A stretch of DNA of 64,000 nucleotides from a virus (Duplodnaviria > Heunggongvirae > Uroviricota > Caudoviricetes), in the IMG/VR virus record IMGVR_UViG_3300042009_000026, positions 192,001 to 256,000 of that record, one strand, 5' to 3'. The position numbers and the translations under genes were made by a program. The notes beneath the pieces were generated by a model. The model saw nothing but the letters and a program-made list of their open reading frames with translations, did no database searches and was not told the origin of the DNA. The stretch's first letter is position 1, and every line of letters begins with the position of its first letter. Positions 1-8,863 of this stretch are shown here, piece by piece.

Positions 1-1
1 C

Positions 2-2122
2 GGCGACAGCGTTCTGGCTAAAGGTAAAGGCCTGGTAGAATTCATCAGTCAAGAAAACTTCGGCGACATCTCTGAAGCTCAACGTGGCACCGCTGGTCAA
101 ATGTACCAGGACATCGGCGCTACCATGCAGAAGTTCGGTTTCGAACACTTCAAAGATAGCAAAGGCTATATCACCGAAAACCAACAGCGCGCTGCTACAG
201 TTGCTGCTATTGCTTGCGCTGATCCAGAAGCTTACAAACGTGCCCTGCGTGCCGTTTCTAAAGAAGTAGTTTCCAACGAAGACAACGTTCACAACGTACG
301 TCACGAATTCGGTGGTCCTGCTGGTACCCTGCAAGTTTTCCAAGACCACCTGGGTCTGGAAAACTACAACGAAAAATCTCAGCGTGACTTCCGCGTCGTA
401 ACTGTTGGTTACAACCTCGAAGCTTCCCGTCAGGATGAGTTTGCTGAACGTCTGTACCCTACTACCGTTATCAACCCAGTTGAAGGTGGTGTTGTTCAGG
501 TTCTTCCTTACATCGCTGTAATGAAAGACGTCTATCACGCTGTTAGCGGTGCTAAACTGCTGAACGAAGAAGTCAACATGGTAGAAGCATACCGTGACCC
601 TTCGATCCTGGATGACAACTGCACTGACCTGATCCCTGCTGTTGATCCAGATGGTACCAACCTGAAGTTCTTCGTTGATCCACTTCTGGTTCCACACCAC
701 GTTGTTACCAACGAACAGAACATGTCGGTTACCACTGGTCCTCTGAAGCCAAACGTTAAGATCGACCTGATGGGTAACTCTAACGCCAACCTGCTGATCA
801 ACAAAGGCATGCTGGACGTTTCTGATACCATCGATCCAAGTGGTCGTCTGAAAGCTCTGTACGTCAAGTTCGACGGCAAAGTAGTTCGTTTCGTTGTTGA
901 CCGTCTGCCTACCGCTGTATTCCAGCCTGGCCTAGTCGGTGACACCCGTATTGCTAAACTGGACTTCATCACTGAAGACCTGGTTGTTGGTGCTGACACC
1001 AAAGCAATCGACGGTTCGGTATCTGCTAACATGCAGGAACTGGTAAACCGTAAGTGGACCGCACGCATCTCCGTTACCTTCACTGGTCACGTATCCACTT
1101 CTCGTGGTGATGCTCGTTACGGCGCTGCTGGTATCGAAATCGACCGTATCGTCGACGAAGACCGCAAGCTGATCTCGATCGAAACTGGCGACGGTGCTGA
1201 TCTGGTTGCAGCTATCGGCGAACTCGAAGTTATCGGTTACGACCTGGACGTTAAGTTCACCAACACCAACCGCCGTCAGCGTGGTCACCTGTTGGCTACT
1301 CGCGCTATCCAGTTCCGTCACCCAATCCCGATGCACGCTCCGGTTACCCTGCCAATGTCCACCATGGATGAGCAAGGCCCAGGCGACGTCGTTAAGGCGC
1401 TGACTGTCAACACCAACATCCGTAACAGCAACAACGCTGTTAAACGTCTGCTGAACTACCTGGCTCAGCTGAAAGAAGTTGTTGGTAATGGTTACGACCG
1501 TCCTAAGTTCGGCGCTGTTGAAGGTGCTCTGAGCATCATGATGCGTCCAACCTACCGTGAAGGTTCGTTGCACCTGCCTGACCACATCGACACCCTGAAA
1601 TCTCAGGATCGCTGGCAGGACGTTTGCAGCACCATCTTGAACTTCGCTAAAGGTATCCTGTTCCCAGCATACCGCGAGTCCAACATCGAAGCTGCTTTCC
1701 GTGTAATCTCGGGCAACCAAGACGAGAAGCCAATGTTCATCTTCGCTACCGACAAAGAAATCGGTAACTACCTGATGACCCAAGGCGACGACCGTACTCT
1801 GGGCGCAATCCTGGAATACGACCTGGTAACTACCAACAACGAACTGTTCGATGGTAAACTGGTAATCGTTCCTACTCGTAAGAACCCAACCGAAAACGAC
1901 ATCCTGTCCTTCGGTCAGTTCTTCTACGTATCGACCGTGATCGCTGACCTGCCTATCACTCGTGGTGGCCAGCAAGTGACTCGTGAGATCGCAGCTGTTC
2001 CGTTCAACCTGCACGTGAACAACATCCCATTCGCAATCAACCTGACCATCACTGGTCTGGAAGAAGTAATGGGCAAATCGCAGTGGAACAAACCACTGAT
2101 CGATGCTATCACTACTCCATGA
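2..2122 (+). CDS. Major capsid protein (phiKZ gp120-like), 5'-truncated by window
   Basis: Frame open from base 2 (GDSVLAKGKGLVEFISQENF...) into ORF 101..2122. Strongly biased high-expression codons. Prohead protease-type S/A/G-x-E motifs (ISQE, VSNE, LGLE|NYNEK). QDEFAERLYPT and NTNRRQRG recalled as phiKZ-type capsid motifs. Lies upstream of the gp123-like gene. Confidence 0.9.
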   Translation, partial: GDSVLAKGKGLVEFISQENFGDISEAQRGTAGQMYQDIGATMQKFGFEHFKDSKGYITENQQRAATVAAIACADPEAYKRALRAVSKEVVSNEDNVHNVRHEFGGPAGTLQVFQDHLGLENYNEKSQRDFRVVTVGYNLEASRQDEFAERLYPTTVINPVEGGVVQVLPYIAVMKDVYHAVSGAKLLNEEVNMVEAYRDPSILDDNCTDLIPAVDPDGTNLKFFVDPLLVPHHVVTNEQNMSVTTGPLKPNVKIDLMGNSNANLLINKGMLDVSDTIDPSGRLKALYVKFDGKVVRFVVDRLPTAVFQPGLVGDTRIAKLDFITEDLVVGADTKAIDGSVSANMQELVNRKWTARISVTFTGHVSTSRGDARYGAAGIEIDRIVDEDRKLISIETGDGADLVAAIGELEVIGYDLDVKFTNTNRRQRGHLLATRAIQFRHPIPMHAPVTLPMSTMDEQGPGDVVKALTVNTNIRNSNNAVKRLLNYLAQLKEVVGNGYDRPKFGAVEGALSIMMRPTYREGSLHLPDHIDTLKSQDRWQDVCSTILNFAKGILFPAYRESNIEAAFRVISGNQDEKPMFIFATDKEIGNYLMTQGDDRTLGAILEYDLVTTNNELFDGKLVIVPTRKNPTENDILSFGQFFYVSTVIADLPITRGGQQVTREIAAVPFNLHVNNIPFAINLTITGLEEVMGKSQWNKPLIDAITTP

Positions 2123-2206
2123 AGGAATCCGGATAATGTTCGTCTACTAGAAGATGGAACAATCCGGTATCTGGAAGACGGTACTGTCCTACGGTACCAA
2201 GAGTAG
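2123..2206 (+). other. Putative in-frame stop-codon readthrough extension of the capsid (LEDG-repeat tag)
   Basis: After TGA (2120-2122) the same frame reads RNPDNVRLLEDGTIRYLEDGTVLRYQE-TAG with no in-frame ATG/GTG/TTG. The motif recurs at the C-terminus of 28484..29023. Confidence 0.65.
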
Positions 2207-2210
2207 CAAA

Positions 2211-2243
2211 CATACTGCCTCTCCTAGTGAGAGGCTTTATGCC
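2211..2243 (+). terminator. Hairpin terminator after the capsid and its extension
   Basis: GCCTCTC-ctagt-GAGAGGC stem flanked by CATA...TTTATG. Confidence 0.7.
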
Positions 2244-2263
2244 GTGTTGGACTGCAAATAATT

Positions 2264-2280
2264 TCAAATCTATATTACTA
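2264..2280 (+). promoter_or_regulatory. Early (virion RNAP) promoter, TATATTAC
   Basis: TATATTAC at 2271-2278 matches the phiKZ early promoter consensus. A near-identical context occurs at 5803-5819. Confidence 0.7.
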
Positions 2281-2303
2281 TCAAGCATATAAACAAGGAG
2301 ATA

Positions 2304-2350
2304 TATTCTCTGCCGTAGTAATTCCGTAGTAGTTATTACTACAGAGAATA
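2304..2350 (+). promoter_or_regulatory. Long leader hairpin
   Basis: TATTCTCT-gcc-GTAGTAAT / ATTACTAC-AGAGAATA: 8 bp, 3-nt bulge, 8 bp, 12-nt loop. Confidence 0.55.
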
Positions 2351-2381
2351 CGAACCCTTTTAAATCTTGAGATCCCAATCA

Positions 2382-2978
2382 ATGAATTACTTTGACCGCT
2401 TTGAGAAAGTGCTCAACCAAAAGTTCAATGGTGACTTAGAGGCTACCCTGAACTTCACCCGCTTTGATAACTATCAAGGCAAACCGTTACGCATCCGTGA
2501 AATCGATCGTCGTCCTAAGAAGGAACCTGTTTATGTAACAATCCCTGATGAACCGATAGTTGACATTCCAGTTGTTGAACCAGCAGAGGAAGTTGAATTC
2601 GAAGTAATTGATTTAGAAGCAGAGATGGAAAGAAGGAGAAAAAGTACTGAGACTAATAATCCTGTACAACCTGAACCAGCTGTCGAAGAATCGAAAGCTA
2701 TTCCTCTTTCTTTGACCTTACGGGATACGACTCAGTCGACATCCAGGGGGTCGGTTTTACAAAAGAAGAAGAGTCAAACTACCAAGACCGCGCTCTCGGC
2801 TACCGGTGGTAATCGAGCCCAACGTAGAGCCGCCAAAGCCCTTATCCGCAAAGGTGGTAAAACGTCAAGTTCGAGTACTCGGAAAGACGATGAACGAAAC
2901 AGTGGTGGTTCACAAAAAGCCCACGTACCGAAACGTGTGAGTTTGAGTGAACTGGAATTCGGGTTCAGATTGGAATAG
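2382..2978 (+). CDS. Hypothetical protein with acidic middle and basic disordered C-half (NRAQRRA motif)
   Basis: ORF track, ATG at 2382, downstream of the early promoter. Confidence 0.65.
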   Translation: MNYFDRFEKVLNQKFNGDLEATLNFTRFDNYQGKPLRIREIDRRPKKEPVYVTIPDEPIVDIPVVEPAEEVEFEVIDLEAEMERRRKSTETNNPVQPEPAVEESKAIPLSLTLRDTTQSTSRGSVLQKKKSQTTKTALSATGGNRAQRRAAKALIRKGGKTSSSSTRKDDERNSGGSQKAHVPKRVSLSELEFGFRLE

Positions 2979-2982
2979 TTTT

Positions 2983-4170
2983 ATGCCGCAACGTGGGAAA
3001 AGTCCATTCACTGAAATCAAAGGTTTAGATTACCAAGCCGGTTATATTAGCAAAGATAGTGCAATCGCAACTCAGCAAGGTAAGTTGGGTTCTCAGATGT
3101 CTGTTGGCGGAAGCTGGATTATCGAGAACTATACTGATACTGAGATCATCAGTTATAACCGACTGGGTATTACACAACGGGCTAAGCAATGTAAACCGGT
3201 TCGTGGTTATGTCCGTATCGAGATGTGCATGTGGGTTGGCTCTCTGTCAGCATTCGAAGATCTAACGCTTCGTACCACCACCAAGCATTTGACGGAAGCG
3301 CAACGTAAGATGATTAGCGATTACATGGCATCGCCTGTAGCTGATCGCCTGCGTCCGCAATCTGGTTATCAAGAACTAAGACTGCATTGGGATATCCCAG
3401 CACAGTTGTTACGTGATAATCCTCATGGTGTCTATCTAGATGTCCTAGGGATCGTAATCGCATTCGTAGACCCGAATGCTAGCTCGTTCGCTCCACCGCA
3501 TGTCGACTTCGAATATCTAGAAGACGATGAGTTCGAACATCAGGGTGTCTATGCATCCTTCAATAAACATGATGACTTAGTCCAGGCTGTCTGGATCAAT
3601 TATAAAGGAACTAGTGCCACCAAGCTCTGTAACAACCAGAACGATCCAAGCCAAGATGAAGGCCTGACTGTATGGATCGATGGCGAGAAGCATTTCTATA
3701 AGCTATCTGAGATGGCTAGCAATGGCTATCACATGACAAAAGCTGCAGCGTATGCTGAGCATTCTGAATCTAATGCTGCCGCCTCTGGTGCGCACAAACA
3801 ACATCTACAGGAGATGGAAAGAGAATACGACCGCAAGTTGAATGAAGAGAAGACGACTTATGAACGTCGAATGCGTGAAGAAGCAATTGCACGAGAACAA
3901 GAGCAGAGAGAATCTGATCGCCAACTCAAAGAAGCTGACCGGGTCAATAAAGATCTCCAACTCAAGCTTGCTGCAGAGAAGGATTATCGACTCTATCTAG
4001 ATCAGCGTGCAGATAAAAGATACGACCGAGAACAACTTATAGTTGACAAGCGTCCAATCCGGATTACTTCGAAGCTAACTGTGGTAGCTACTGCGACCAC
4101 TGTGGTGTTAGGTTGTATCAAGTTCTACCAGGAAATAAAGCGAATGTACGGCACAGAAGGGAGTACGTAG
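2983..4170 (+). CDS. Conserved phiKZ-like protein (gp122 position) with coiled coil and C-terminal hydrophobic helix
   Basis: ORF track. E/R-rich heptads, then LTVVATATTVVLGCIKFY. Stop overlaps the next start. Start codon uncertain (2947 or 2983). Confidence 0.7.
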   Translation: MPQRGKSPFTEIKGLDYQAGYISKDSAIATQQGKLGSQMSVGGSWIIENYTDTEIISYNRLGITQRAKQCKPVRGYVRIEMCMWVGSLSAFEDLTLRTTTKHLTEAQRKMISDYMASPVADRLRPQSGYQELRLHWDIPAQLLRDNPHGVYLDVLGIVIAFVDPNASSFAPPHVDFEYLEDDEFEHQGVYASFNKHDDLVQAVWINYKGTSATKLCNNQNDPSQDEGLTVWIDGEKHFYKLSEMASNGYHMTKAAAYAEHSESNAAASGAHKQHLQEMEREYDRKLNEEKTTYERRMREEAIAREQEQRESDRQLKEADRVNKDLQLKLAAEKDYRLYLDQRADKRYDREQLIVDKRPIRITSKLTVVATATTVVLGCIKFYQEIKRMYGTEGST

Positions 4171-5798
4171 TGGACCCGAAGTTAATCGCAGGAATCAAAG
4201 CACGTATGCCAAGGATGAATCCTATCCTGGCGAATGGTATTGCAGTCGAGCAGATGATGACTATCGATGAAGATACCGGCATCAACTATACCCGTCGTGA
4301 GATTGATCGCATCATGGGAATCAATGCCAACATCTGGCCAGCTGATTTCAAGTATGTCGGTAATACACTGGTAACTCCTTGGAAACACTTCGATGAGATT
4401 ACCCGTGAGTATGGCTCTAAGCGGATAGCCAACATCGCGAAGTCGACCACCTACATGGTGAACCTAAACTTCACGTATAAAGGCGAACCACTGTTTCCTC
4501 GTCCATTGCTGTTGCCATCGATTCAAGATGGTGGTATCGTAACACTCAACGGTGCGAACTATACCGTATCTCCAGTATCTAAAGACGTAGCGTTCTCTGT
4601 ATTGAACGGTAGCATCTTTATCCCACTCCGCAGAACCAAGCTGACCTTCAAGCAGAAGTCTCACCACTATTACTGCAATGGTCATCGAAAGATCATGTAT
4701 GTGATCTGGTCTCAGATTCACAACGAGATGGGTAAACGCACTAAGAAGGATTATGATAAGCGTGAGCGAATCGAATCCAGTTTGGCACAATATTTCTTCG
4801 CACAATTCGGCGTAACGGAAACGTTCAAACGCTGGGCAGGTGCAGATGTGCAGGTAGGTTATCTGAAAGACTTCCCTGAATCGCAATACCCACGTGATCA
4901 ATGGAACGTATATCAATCTGCCACGCTTACAGGAGCTCACCCGACGGGTGATCATGTCCTGGTCGTCCCAGCCCATCAGGAAACTGATCTGGTGAAACGA
5001 TTGGTTGCAGGATTCTGGTATGTAGTCGATACATTCCCTAACCGGTTTGTGGAACCGCACTACGCTGATTCTATCGATCTCTGGCGCATCATCCTGGGCC
5101 ACATGGTTTTCGGTGACTTCGAACACCAAGGTAAAGTGGCAGAGAACATCAAGTCCCACATGTATTCTCTGGAAACAACTCTCGATGAGATGACCATGGA
5201 AGAGCTCCACTCTGTTGGTATCAAAGCCAATAACATCTGGGAACTGTTCCATTCCATCATGACTGATATGGCTCACCACTTGTATGCTTCGGATATCGAT
5301 GAAACGTCGATGTATAACAAGCGACTCACGGTACTGCCATATGTGATGGAAGACTTCAACTATGCGGTATCCATGTTCTCGTATATGTTCCAAGGTCGTC
5401 GGGATAAAACCGAATGGTCTCTACAAGAACTGAATGATGGCCTGAAGCGTTCGTTTAAACTGAACACAGCCATCCGTAAGCTCACCTCTGAACACGGTGA
5501 ATTGGATACCCTGTCGATGCCAGGCTCCAACAAAGTAATTCGTTGTACCTCTATCCTAGTTCCTCAGGATCGTGCGAAGTCTGCTCTGGCTCACAACAAG
5601 TCATTGCTGGCGGATAACTCTCGATTGTTGAACGCATCTATTGCTGAAGTGTGCCAGTATCGAAATCAACCGAAGAACAACCCAGATGGTCGTGGGCGTC
5701 TAAATCTGTTCGCTAAGTTCCGTCATGACGGATTGATCGAACGACGTGATGAAGTAAGAGAACGTATCGACGCAGCACAAGCTCGCTTCAGTCGATAA
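4170..5798 (+). CDS. Non-virion RNA polymerase beta-like subunit (phiKZ gp123-like)
   Basis: GTG at 4170 after AGGGAG, 542 aa. Motifs TSMYNKRL, ASIAEV and PKNNPDGRGRLN. Synteny with the capsid gene. Confidence 0.85.
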   Translation: MDPKLIAGIKARMPRMNPILANGIAVEQMMTIDEDTGINYTRREIDRIMGINANIWPADFKYVGNTLVTPWKHFDEITREYGSKRIANIAKSTTYMVNLNFTYKGEPLFPRPLLLPSIQDGGIVTLNGANYTVSPVSKDVAFSVLNGSIFIPLRRTKLTFKQKSHHYYCNGHRKIMYVIWSQIHNEMGKRTKKDYDKRERIESSLAQYFFAQFGVTETFKRWAGADVQVGYLKDFPESQYPRDQWNVYQSATLTGAHPTGDHVLVVPAHQETDLVKRLVAGFWYVVDTFPNRFVEPHYADSIDLWRIILGHMVFGDFEHQGKVAENIKSHMYSLETTLDEMTMEELHSVGIKANNIWELFHSIMTDMAHHLYASDIDETSMYNKRLTVLPYVMEDFNYAVSMFSYMFQGRRDKTEWSLQELNDGLKRSFKLNTAIRKLTSEHGELDTLSMPGSNKVIRCTSILVPQDRAKSALAHNKSLLADNSRLLNASIAEVCQYRNQPKNNPDGRGRLNLFAKFRHDGLIERRDEVRERIDAAQARFSR

Positions 5799-5802
5799 AA
5801 TC

Positions 5803-5819
5803 TCAGATCTACATTACTA
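5803..5819 (+). promoter_or_regulatory. Early-type promoter (TACATTAC variant)
   Basis: TCAGATCTACATTACTA vs TCAAATCTATATTACTA at 2264-2280; intergenic. Confidence 0.6.
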
Positions 5820-5880
5820 GGATGAAGCTCACACAGAAGGGGTAAGCCCTAATTGCAAACATTCAAAAGGAAACAACTGC

Positions 5881-8055
5881 ATGTACCCGCAACAACAAAT
5901 GATGCAACAGCAACAGCACCAGCCGCAGTATTTGGCGAACATCTGCATCAACCAAGTGGATCAGTCTACATTCAATCCGAACTTGCCGAACGGAAATGAT
6001 TTGCCAATCCAGGTTCCTCAGTCCCAATGGCTGATGAATCCACAAGCACAACAATTGCTTGGTGTTGCCCTCGGTACATTCCGTCTGCGTCTGCAAGAAC
6101 GTGCAGCTCGTTCGCCACTGCATACTTGGGCATATAACCAGATCTCTCAGAACCGTTTCCAGAATCAGATCTGGCAACAATGGTCTGCTCATCTGGCTGG
6201 CTTCCTGGAATTCATCATGGTGGCCCAATCGCAGAACAATCCACCACAAGTGGCAGTTCCGAAAGCAGCAGATACCATGTTCAAATGCTATCTGTCGAAC
6301 TGTGTTGCAGCTCAACCGCAACTCGGTCAGTTCATTGCTCAAGACCAGGCTGCTATTGCAGACATCCAGAAGTATAGCCAGTTGTTCGGTGTGATCATGC
6401 AGGATATCCAGGCATATCGTTCCGGGCGTGCTATGGCTCCGCAACAGCAGATGATGGCTCAACAGCCACAAATGGCCATGATGAATAATGGCGTGATGGT
6501 TTCCATGGCTCAACCAGGCTATGGTCAACTTCCAGCAGTAGGTGTGAACATGAACTATGGTCAACCGCAAATGGCACAGCGTGCACCAATGCAGTTGTCT
6601 GCAATGGCAGTAGGTGCTCAACCACTGGGTGTACAGCCATCCATGGCAGTGCAGCCGTTGTCTGGAACTGGTAATACTGGTATGGACTATGGTATCCCAG
6701 CGGCAGAGCCTGTACCGGCTCCTATGCCAGTGGTACAACCACAACAACAGTCGACAGCACCATTGATGCCAGTTGAATCGTATGGTGAATCTGTGGCCCC
6801 TGTGACCACCCCTGTCGTGCATCAACCGGTGATGACCGTGGAAGAGCTGGATCGTCCGATTCCGATGTCTGCTAAAGATGTCATTCTCGATCCGCACTAT
6901 CACACCCCAGCTGGATTCGATGTTGATATGGAACGTCCATATGACATCATCCATTCCCCAGGCGGCATTGTAACTCGTCCGGCTTACCAAGTTCCCGATT
7001 GGACGGTAACTCGTAACGATACATTCGTCTATACCCAAATGGTCGATCCTTCCCGCTATATTCGTTTCTATACGAAGTGGCCTGATGGGATGGTCCAGGA
7101 AAGCATTGTCGAGATCAATGACATGATGAACTATCTGCAACACGAGATCGATGCCGATCTCCGTCAAGCGGCTACTCACCACAAAGGTGAAGTGCGTCGT
7201 ACTGCCCTGAAGATCCATACCGAGATCACCGACATGAAGCCGATCGCCGAAGTCAAAGAACTGCAACTGGCAGATGAATGCCAACCAGTTAAGATGTCTG
7301 TGGATTTCCAAGGCACCACTGACATGGAGAACGAAGTAGAGTCCCGTAAGGTTCTCCGCCAAGAACTCGGCCTGTCGAAAGAAGCTAAGCTGCCATCCCA
7401 TGAGTATAGCTCCACTCGTACTCACCTGATCGATATCGATCAAGATGGTTTCGATGCTTTGCTGGGTAGTCTGGATACCAACGATCTGCAACAAGTCGCC
7501 AAAGACTTCGCTCTGCACAATCGCCAAGGTCTGCTATCCGCTCGTGTCTATAACTTCATCAATCAGCGACTGACTCTGGAAACGAACTCGTTCCTGAAAG
7601 ATGCCATGTCCCTGGATGTGAACATCGATGACTTCATGAATGACATCGGTCCTCTGTTCGATCACCTGAACACTGAACTGAGCAATGGTCAGAAATATGT
7701 GAACCTGCTGAAAGAAGCAAGTTCTCTGATCCTGTCCCGTGCTGTGCAACTGTCTCGCACTGAAGACGAAGAAGGTGGTGACGTTACCTATTCGATCAAT
7801 GACACCTTCGTCAACCTACAAACTGGTTGGATGCTGGCTGACCTGACTGATGCCAAACTGAATACCGAAGCTCAATTGGTATCTGGTTATACGCATCTTG
7901 CTCTGATCGATGCGATCAAAGGCATGTATTCCCGTGCCTCTGCTGGTGAGCGTATCCTGCGTCGCTTCCGTGTCGTGACTCTGGATGGGGCTTATCTGGA
8001 AATCTTCAAAGGTGTCCTGGTTGATAAAGCGTTCATGTTCAAGCGTGTAGCGTAA
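5881..8055 (+). CDS. Hypothetical protein with Q/M/P-rich low-complexity segments
   Basis: 724-aa ORF, AAGGA RBS, phage-typical codon usage. Confidence 0.85.
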   Translation: MYPQQQMMQQQQHQPQYLANICINQVDQSTFNPNLPNGNDLPIQVPQSQWLMNPQAQQLLGVALGTFRLRLQERAARSPLHTWAYNQISQNRFQNQIWQQWSAHLAGFLEFIMVAQSQNNPPQVAVPKAADTMFKCYLSNCVAAQPQLGQFIAQDQAAIADIQKYSQLFGVIMQDIQAYRSGRAMAPQQQMMAQQPQMAMMNNGVMVSMAQPGYGQLPAVGVNMNYGQPQMAQRAPMQLSAMAVGAQPLGVQPSMAVQPLSGTGNTGMDYGIPAAEPVPAPMPVVQPQQQSTAPLMPVESYGESVAPVTTPVVHQPVMTVEELDRPIPMSAKDVILDPHYHTPAGFDVDMERPYDIIHSPGGIVTRPAYQVPDWTVTRNDTFVYTQMVDPSRYIRFYTKWPDGMVQESIVEINDMMNYLQHEIDADLRQAATHHKGEVRRTALKIHTEITDMKPIAEVKELQLADECQPVKMSVDFQGTTDMENEVESRKVLRQELGLSKEAKLPSHEYSSTRTHLIDIDQDGFDALLGSLDTNDLQQVAKDFALHNRQGLLSARVYNFINQRLTLETNSFLKDAMSLDVNIDDFMNDIGPLFDHLNTELSNGQKYVNLLKEASSLILSRAVQLSRTEDEEGGDVTYSINDTFVNLQTGWMLADLTDAKLNTEAQLVSGYTHLALIDAIKGMYSRASAGERILRRFRVVTLDGAYLEIFKGVLVDKAFMFKRVA

Positions 8056-8059
8056 TAGT

Positions 8060-8090
8060 CATAATGCCCTCACCTTTGGGTGAGGGTTCT
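8060..8090 (+). terminator. Hairpin terminator
   Basis: GCCCTCACC-tttg-GGTGAGGGT preceded by CATA. Confidence 0.65.
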
Positions 8091-8109
8091 ATTCTGTTTG
8101 GAGCTGTTA

Positions 8110-8457
8110 ATGATTAGCAAATGTGTACGCAGTATCGACCGTGACAAAGGCCTGACTCTGGCAGACTGGCGTAAGTTCTTTGAAGCTATCCCAACACCAT
8201 GGGTTTACAAAGCCCATGAGGGCACACCTGAACGGATTATCAACACAGCAATGAATGCCAAGGCATACATCAGCAATGTTGTATTCCACGATGACCACTT
8301 CACTTACGATCTGAATCTCCTCGATGGTTTCAGTGAAACTGATCACTTGGAACATTTCATCGAACCAGTCTACGGGATCATTTTCCGTGGTGGTAAAGCA
8401 ATACAAGCCGAAATCAAATTCCTGGAGTTCTATCAAAGTGAAAGCGCTCGGGGATAA
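8110..8457 (+). CDS. Hypothetical protein
   Basis: ATG at 8110 after GGAG. Confidence 0.65.
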   Translation: MISKCVRSIDRDKGLTLADWRKFFEAIPTPWVYKAHEGTPERIINTAMNAKAYISNVVFHDDHFTYDLNLLDGFSETDHLEHFIEPVYGIIFRGGKAIQAEIKFLEFYQSESARG

Positions 8458-8845
8458 CCTTTACCAATTCGTATTGCCTTACAGTGATTATCCAGAAGGG
8501 TTCAAAGAACTCGTTAAGGATGAACGCGAATGGCAGAAGTGGGTCAGTGATGGCCCTAATCTATCCGAAGCGTACAACTACATCGATGGGAATAATGTCA
8601 TTGGCTTGATCAGTGATGTTAGTTTCCAGGAAGACACATTTACTTTCATCTATCAGGACATGCTACGTAATCCAGATATGATGGACCGCATGAAGTTCTA
8701 TGCACGTGCAGTAGTTGTCGCAAAGACCCCTGAAGAAATACCAAAGATGCACCAGTTGTTTTGTTTCGACTGCATGCCGTCAGAATGGCCAGATCCAATC
8801 CAACAATTCAAATTGAACAACATTGTTGACATGTGTCAACCCTAA
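8438..8845 (+). CDS. Hypothetical protein, probable paralog of 8110..8457
   Basis: GTG at 8438 after GGAG; shares an IS[ND]VxFxxDxFT motif with the upstream gene. Confidence 0.6.
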   Translation: MKALGDNLYQFVLPYSDYPEGFKELVKDEREWQKWVSDGPNLSEAYNYIDGNNVIGLISDVSFQEDTFTFIYQDMLRNPDMMDRMKFYARAVVVAKTPEEIPKMHQLFCFDCMPSEWPDPIQQFKLNNIVDMCQP

Positions 8846-8863
8846 TTAAAAAGGAAAGCTACG

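Noticed and set aside
2136-2150. ATG-TTC-GTC-TAC-TAG micro-ORF after an AAGGA
   Set aside because: Only four codons and in a different frame from the LEDG peptide, so it does not by itself explain the motif.
4170-5798. Intron or intein in RNAP (and in UvsX), common in jumbo phages
   Set aside because: The ORFs are continuous and of expected length, with no homing endonuclease or intein motifs seen.
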